A stretch of DNA of 64,000 nt, from the NCBI GenBank assembly GCA_013239625.1, contig MU054220.1, forward strand, positions 3,225,374 to 3,289,373, in the 5' to 3' direction. The notes below the pieces were generated by a model. The model was not told the DNA's origin. It ran no database searches and was given only the letters and a program-made list of their open reading frames with translations. A program made the position numbers and the translations under genes. Source of the DNA: Lama guanicoe (taxonomy: Eukaryota). The first letter of the stretch is position 1; every line of letters begins with the position of its first letter. Shown one piece after another: positions 58,325 through 64,000 of this stretch.

Positions 58325-58630
58325 ACTTCAGGTCGCCGTTGTCAATTCTCCCAACACAGGGAAAAAGGTAATTGTCAATTAACGAGCCCATCAACTGAAG
58401 CGGGGGGAAAATCAATAACAGGGACCAATATAGAGCGTTCTAATGCCAGTCAGGATTCCAGGAGCGGGTGCCTTTCAAATGGGTACATGGAGTAATTAGC
58501 TTCTCCCTTGTGACCCGTCCCGCGGACTCTACAACTCTCCAATTAACATGTACTGTTGACAGGCACACAATTATTTGGGTTCACTGTGCCCCAGCCAGTG
58601 TTTGTTCAATCAGAACTTGCAAATATGTGG
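58325..58630. promoter_or_regulatory. Candidate conserved enhancer (homeodomain/MEIS/ONECUT motifs)
   Basis: TGTCAATT twice, TAATTG-T-CAATTA 58369-58381, AAAATCAATA 58408-58417, TAATTA 58493-58498, TGACAG 58557-58562. Confidence 0.5.
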
Positions 58631-58899
58631 AAAGTGCACAGCATAGTAAGTGCAGGATGGCTCTGGGGGCTGCCAAACAGTGAGTGGGGCTTAAAGGAGC
58701 CTGGGACTTGGGATTTCCCTTTCAGAGAGCTGCCCTGGGTCTCAGCCCAGATGCCGGTTCAGCCCACCTTGTTCTAGCCAGACTGTTAATTAGACCAGTT
58801 CCCGTCCCTACGGACAAACTCAGAGAGGGCTGCTCATGGCTTGGACCACACTGTCCCCCACAATCTAATAGAAAAGAACTATCCCTGCCCTGTTAAACT

Positions 58900-59200
58900 G
58901 CTGGGCCCGTGCCCTTACCTAGGAGGCTCCTTCTGCCTGGAAGGCTGTGTCTCATCTCTTCCACCTGAATCATTCTGAATCCTAAATCCTCCAAGATTCT
59001 TTCTGGGCTTCCCCCAGGCGGCCGTAGCACTGCGGACTCATTTCATGCTTAGCACTTACACCACTGGGTTACTCCCCTGGTTCATCTCCCAGTTTCCCTC
59101 ACAAAAGAGTAAGCTGTTTGATGTCAGAGACTGAGTATCCTTCCTCTCTAAACGTCAGCACTTAGCACAGAAGGTGCTTCGTGAATGGTTGTTGAATGGA
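58900..59200 (+). mobile_element. L2 3' end
   Basis: tccttctgcctggaa...agtaagctgtttgatgtcagagactg...cagcacttagcacag...tgttgaatgga. Confidence 0.7.
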
Positions 59201-59920
59201 CGCATGGGTAGGTGGTGCAAGAGTGAGTGGGTAAATGGGTGGATGGATTTGTGGGCACATGGAAGAACAGATAGGAAAACAGATAACTGGTTAGGAGGGA
59301 AGGTGCATGAGAGGGTAGAGTGGAGGGGATGCACTGGGTTGGGTGGGTAGAGTAGGAGCGCAGGTGGGTGATAGACGGAAGGATGGGCAAAAATACTGAT
59401 GGGGGATTGGATGGGTAGTGTGTGGGTATGTATTTGAAAGCCCATTTAGCACAGAGGTTAGATGTGTGGGCTCTGGAGCCAGATCTCTTGTGTTGAATCT
59501 TGGGTCTGGTATTTCCTGGCTATGGGGCCATGGGCAAATGCATCAGTCTATCTGGGCCTCAGTTTTCTTACCTGTAAAATGGAAATGATAATAGAATTTC
59601 CTCTTAAGCTTGTTGCAAGGACTAAATTATACCTATGAAACACTTAAAACAGTGGCTGGCATAAAGAAGGACTAAATAACTATTAGCCACTATAATTTTT
59701 ATGATTATCATCATTACTATTAATAAAATGAGAAGTGAACAGATGCATGGAAGGATAGATGAATGTGCAGATGGTTAGGTGGGTGGATCCATGGATGGAG
59801 GATTTGATAGGAGAATGGGCAGATGGACAGGTTGGTGTGTACATAGATGGGTGATGGGTGAATGGGTGGATGGGTGGATGGTGAGGGAGGGAGAGAATGA
59901 AAAGAGGGATGGACAGAGGA
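59195..59920. repeat. Degenerate (TGGA/TGGG)n tract split by a MIR (+, 59445-59695)
   Basis: gggtggatgga-type units at 59195-59430 and 59740-59920; MIR core ctgggcctcagttttcttacctgtaaaatgg between them. Confidence 0.8.
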
Positions 59921-60339
59921 CTGGATCTCTGTGCCAAGGGTAGTGGGTGGACCTACTGCATGGGAAGCCCTATTCTGAACTCACCCCCAGGTCATCAGAG
60001 ATTGCTGCCTACTGAAGCCCCTCCATTTATTCAGGTTTTATTGTTCCCGATGGGAAATCCTATTGGATTCCTCCCTCCCAAATACCCAGGCCGGCTCTTG
60101 GTATGGTTCTTCATAATTCACATATCCAGGCTGTCCTTTTCTGAGGGTCCTCCTGGAACTGACCAGCTGGTAACTTGGTCCCTGGCCTCCTCTCATAGAG
60201 ACACACCCCACAGCCTAGACCAATTCTCTTCCTAGATGCCGACACCCCATGCGCCTGGTCTGAAGTCCAAGCTTTGCCTGTGTCATTCTTTATTACTTGT
60301 AAGTCATGTAATTACCCCCAGCCTCCCAGGCAACTGAGG

Positions 60340-60540
60340 AAATTGACTGAGCATCTACTATGTGCCAGACTCTTGGCATTTACCATCACATTTAATCCCT
60401 ATCACAACCCTAGAAGGTAGAGTGTAATTATCCTTGTTTCACACATAAAGTCAAGGACTCGCAGTCACAGAGAGCAAGCAGAGGAGTAAGGCTTTGAACC
60501 CAGGTTTCCTTCTCTGATACCAAGGCTCTCTCTACAATCT
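60340..60540 (-). mobile_element. MIR
   Basis: actgagcatctactatgtgccagac...atttaatccctatcacaaccctagaaggtag...ctttgaacccagg. Confidence 0.8.
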
Positions 60541-61194
60541 CAGCCTTCTTGGAGTCCTCAGAAGACGATCCTATCTTCCATGGTGTATGTACACACCATT
60601 CCAGGGAACAAAAGCTGGAACCGTGCCACAATTCTGGACAAAACAAACTGAAAAAAATACCTTCTAGGGATAAATTTATATTTCTTATTGATTTTATGTT
60701 AGAACAACTTGGCTAGAAGACACTCTGTTCATCAGTTGAAAGAGTTCAACCACCCTCCACCCACTAAGCCTACTCCATGTGATGGTGAGAAAAGTGGATA
60801 TAAATCCCCACCACTATCTGATGTGGTATCTCCCCACGGGAAGTGGTCCATACTGGTAAAGCAGTGAATCAGCTCTTGTCTGCCCTGTCTCATAGGCTGG
60901 CTGCTAATCCTGAAATTAGTTTCAGTTGTGACCCAATCAAAGGGGTTCTTGGGTCTTAATGACAGAAAGCCCTCAAGAATCAAGGGTGAATGCTGAATTG
61001 TGGAATTCCAGACACTGTGCCAGTCAGGGGCCTCTCACAATGTCTCATGCATAGAGTTTAATACAACTCCTGTTCCTGCTCAGGCGGAGCCTCCTCCTTG
61101 AGCCAGACTACAAACCCTTTGATGTAATTCTTAAATATCTAAAAATTTGGAGTGCTCTATGATGTTCAAAACACCATGTCATTAGATCCTCAAA

Positions 61195-61810
61195 ATAGCC
61201 CCAATACAAAAACAGGAAACTATAGACCAATCTCACTTCTGAACTTGAGCAGGAAAATTCTAAATAAAATATTAGCTAATGAGATTCAGCAATACATTTC
61301 AAAAAATACATCATACACAAGTAATGTGTAACTCAGGAATTCAGGGTTAGTTCAATACCAGAACATCTATTAGAGGATCATATCAGAAGAGGCAGAAAAT
61401 GCACTTAATAAAATTCAACACATATTCACGATTTTAAAAAATACAGAAACTCTTGGTAAAGTAGTAAAAGAAGGGAATTTTCCTAATCTAATAAAGCGTA
61501 TCTATTTTTTTTTAAAGTAAGCAAACACTGTACTCAACGACAAAGCTTTGGGCAGAGTTTCACCAAAGTCAGAAACAAGACAAAGATGTTCAGGGGTGGA
61601 GGGTATAGCTCAGTGGTACAACACATGCTTGGCATGCACAAAGTCCTGGGTTCAATCCCCAGTACCTCCATTAAAATAAACAAATAAACCTAATTACTAC
61701 CCCCCACCAAAAAAAAAAAATAAGGATGTTCAGCATTGAACCAGAGATCCTAATCACTTTCAAAAACCAAGTCAGAACTCAAATAGGGGCGTTGGGTATT
61801 TGGAGGGTGG
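61195..61810 (+). mobile_element. Old L1M ORF2 RT fragment, split by a SINE
   Basis: From 61215 translates [28 protein letters not shown], like L1 [28 protein letters not shown]. Confidence 0.9.
61593..61720 (+). mobile_element. Camelid tRNA-Ala-derived SINE (Vic-1-like)
   Basis: ggagggtatagctcagtggta (A box)...gggttcaatcccc (B box) agtacctcca, tail aaataaacctaattac, poly(A); TSD aagacaaagatgttca (61577-61592) / aaaataaggatgttca (61717-61732). Confidence 0.92.
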
Positions 61811-62279
61811 ATGGTAGAGCCCCAAATAAAAAAGAAGAGAAAGCGCTTCAGCTGAAGACCAGGCGTAGCACGTATGCAGTTGCCATGATAATTTCCCCAC
61901 AGAGCCCATCCTGGGGATCATCAACTTGTGTTTTAGCCAGAAAACCCCATTCCTGGCAGAGTGCTCCACCCTTGCTGAGGTTTTGGGGCATCTGAAGTCA
62001 GTCCATTAGACAATGTCATGACCCATCTTTTTAGCATAACTGCCAGCAGGAAACTTGGAAACCCTCCCTCAGTTTTTGCTTACAGTGGGGAGCCTGCCTT
62101 GTGGAAGTTAACTTGCTTCTGGCCCTTTCTAGCCCCTCTCTCACTGAATCATGGGGATTTATCAATGCAAGGGAATCCAGAAGCTGTATCCTTTGTCACT
62201 GGAGAAGCTGTAGCACAAAGTAGTGAGGTGACCGACCCAAGTTCCCATTACCAGGAGCAGCAGAGCCTGGATTATGCAG

Positions 62280-62328
62280 CCATCCATCCCTCCATGCATC
62301 CTTCCATCCATCCATCCATCCACCCACA
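62280..62328. repeat. (CCAT)n microsatellite
   Basis: ccatccatccctccatgcatccttccatccatccatccatccaccc. Confidence 0.85.
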
Positions 62329-62669
62329 TGTACGTTCATGTGACTCAATACACACTTACACGCACCCGCCGGGTGCCAGGTGCTATGCTAAATCCTGGGG
62401 TGACAGTGATGGTTAAGATAGCCCCTACCCGTGCTTTCTTAGATCTTACAGTCCTGTAGAAAAGACAGCCATGAGCAAATAAATTGCATTAATAAAATGT
62501 TCCCAAATAAAGAAATTAAATGGCCCCAAATGAAAACTGTGAGAGTTGGGAAGGAGACATTCATGGTTCTGGGAGGTGTGGGGAGTTAGAGATTGCTCCA
62601 AGATGGACTTAACATAAAGTCCATCTGTGACCCAAAGAAGGCTCCACTGAAAAACAAGAAAACAAAACT

Positions 62670-62810
62670 GTAATAGAAAAAAAAAAAGACTTCTTTCAAA
62701 ATAGCAAAACAATTTGAAAGATAACCTGGGAATAATCCTAGCAAAAGATGGGCCTGATTTTTATGGAGAAATTTGTAAAGCATTACAGAAGAAAATAAAA
62801 GAAGTGGGAA
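62670..62810 (+). mobile_element. L1M ORF2 fragment
   Basis: tttcaaaatagcaaaacaa...aacctgggaataatcctagcaaaagatgggcctgatttttatggagaaa (like F.IA...KYLGI.LTKDV.DLY.EN). Confidence 0.7.
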
Positions 62811-63535
62811 GGCTGAGGGGACGATGGGAGATGAGGAGGAGGGAGAGAAGGCAGGCAAGAGCGTGCCAACACCCACACCAGGGGGACTCAGTCTGGACTG
62901 AGACAAAAGTCAACGGAAAAAGCAAAGAATGATTCGGATTCTGGGCTCTAGGCCCTTCAGTAAGATTTTCTTTCTGGTAATGGGCTGTACTTTCATGACC
63001 ACTTGTTACAAGCATAGCTAATGCACATGTGAATTTGTAACCATCTTTCTTCCCACTTAACAATAGAGCATGGCTATTTCCCATATCATTAAATAGAGTT
63101 TGATGAAAAATCATAAAAACGGTTCTCTAAGGCAGACAAGCCTGGGTATTTCCTCTGTTTCAGAGACGAGGAGGACCATGAGGGGTGAGGGAAGGAGGTG
63201 CCCAACCATGGGGCATCTATCACATGCTGTCTAATTCTCACATCCACACTGGGATGCAGAACATTTCCCCTCATCTTGCAAAGGAGGGAAAGGGGTTGGG
63301 TCCCAGGGCTGGGACTTGAACCTGGGTCCCCAGAGGTCTTGGCTCTGTGCTGTTTCCCAAGCTGAGGGAAGGGGCACACCATGCCCATCCTCCTTTGTCT
63401 CCCTCAGAGTTCCATCACTGCGCTGGGTGAAAGGACATTCATTTAGTCATTCAACACGCAGGAGATGAGGGCCCACTCTGCCTGGCATTGGGCTAGAACT
63501 TGGGATGCAGCAGGGGATGAAACTAAGGCCCTGCC

Positions 63536-63995
63536 TTAGTCTCCTAAGATTGAGACAACAAATTACCACAAGCTTGGCAGCTTAAAACAGGAGAAATGTG
63601 TTGTCTTGTGGTTCTGGAGGCCAGCAGTCTGAAATCAAGGTGTTGGCAGGGCCTTGCTCCCTCTGAAGTCTCCAGGGGAAGATCCTTCTTTGCGTTGCCC
63701 AGCTTCCGGTGGCTCTTTGAGTTTCTTGATTTGTGCCAGCATCGCTCCCTCTCTGCCTCCATGTTAAATGGCCTTTCCCCGGTGACTCTCTGCCTCAGAT
63801 ATCTCTCTCTATTCTCTGATGTGGCCCCAGTGATTGGCTTTAGGGTTGTCCCTACATTCAGGCTGACCTCTTCTTGAGACCATTAACTTAATTAAATCTG
63901 CAAAGACTATTTCCAGATAAGGTCAAATCACAGCTACAGGGCATCAGGACAGCGACATACATTTCTTTTTGGGGGACACAATTCAGCCCATCACA
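63536..63995 (-). mobile_element. MLT1C-like MaLR solo LTR inserted in L2 (L2-, 63435-63535)
   Basis: acaaattaccacaagcttggcagcttaaaaca...tctgaaatcaaggtgttggcagggcc...gggggacacaattcagcccatcaca; 5-bp TSD ctgcc at 63531-63535 and 63996-64000. Confidence 0.9.
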
Positions 63996-64000
63996 CTGCC

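Noticed and set aside
61593..61670. tRNA-Ala gene (also 6687-6770)
   Set aside because: Stems are disrupted and the tRNA-like head is followed by a SINE tail and flanked by TSDs, so these are SINEs.
660..63877. All other six-frame ORFs as protein-coding genes
   Set aside because: They are short, often start at non-ATG codons, overlap on both strands and frequently lie in repeats; the only protein similarity I recognise is to decayed LINE ORF2.
1..64000. A novel multi-gene biological system
   Set aside because: No intact genes, operon-like organisation or arrays are present; the content is explained by known mammalian repeat classes plus putative cis-regulatory islands.

Overview
This is 64 kb of mammalian non-coding genomic DNA, either intergenic or deep intronic. 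The source is most likely a camelid (alpaca, llama or camel), because two tRNA-Ala-derived SINEs of the camelid Vic-1 type are present with target-site duplications, and I saw no Alu, B1/B2, Bov-A, PRE1 or Can-SINE. I can support no intact protein-coding gene, tRNA, rRNA or CRISPR. The ORF track is background noise apart from decayed reverse-transcriptase remnants of L1 and L3/CR1. Much of the window is ancient interspersed repeat, often nested: many MIR and L2 copies, L1, L3/CR1, MaLR/ERVL/ERV1 LTRs, and hAT and Tigger DNA transposons. Between the repeats lie more than ten AT-rich unique islands packed with homeodomain/TALE, SOX, FOX and TCF motifs. These look like conserved enhancers of a developmental gene lying outside the window, but this is inference and the locus is not identified. 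The most unusual structural features are a fold-back inversion inside an L1, a palindrome-plus-duplication scar inside a MIR, an orphan 129-bp insert splitting a MER58A, and an internal L1 fragment without poly(A) or TSD. I found no evidence for a novel multi-gene biological system. Repeat family names come from recalled consensus sequences, not a database search, and boundaries are approximate unless a TSD is quoted.
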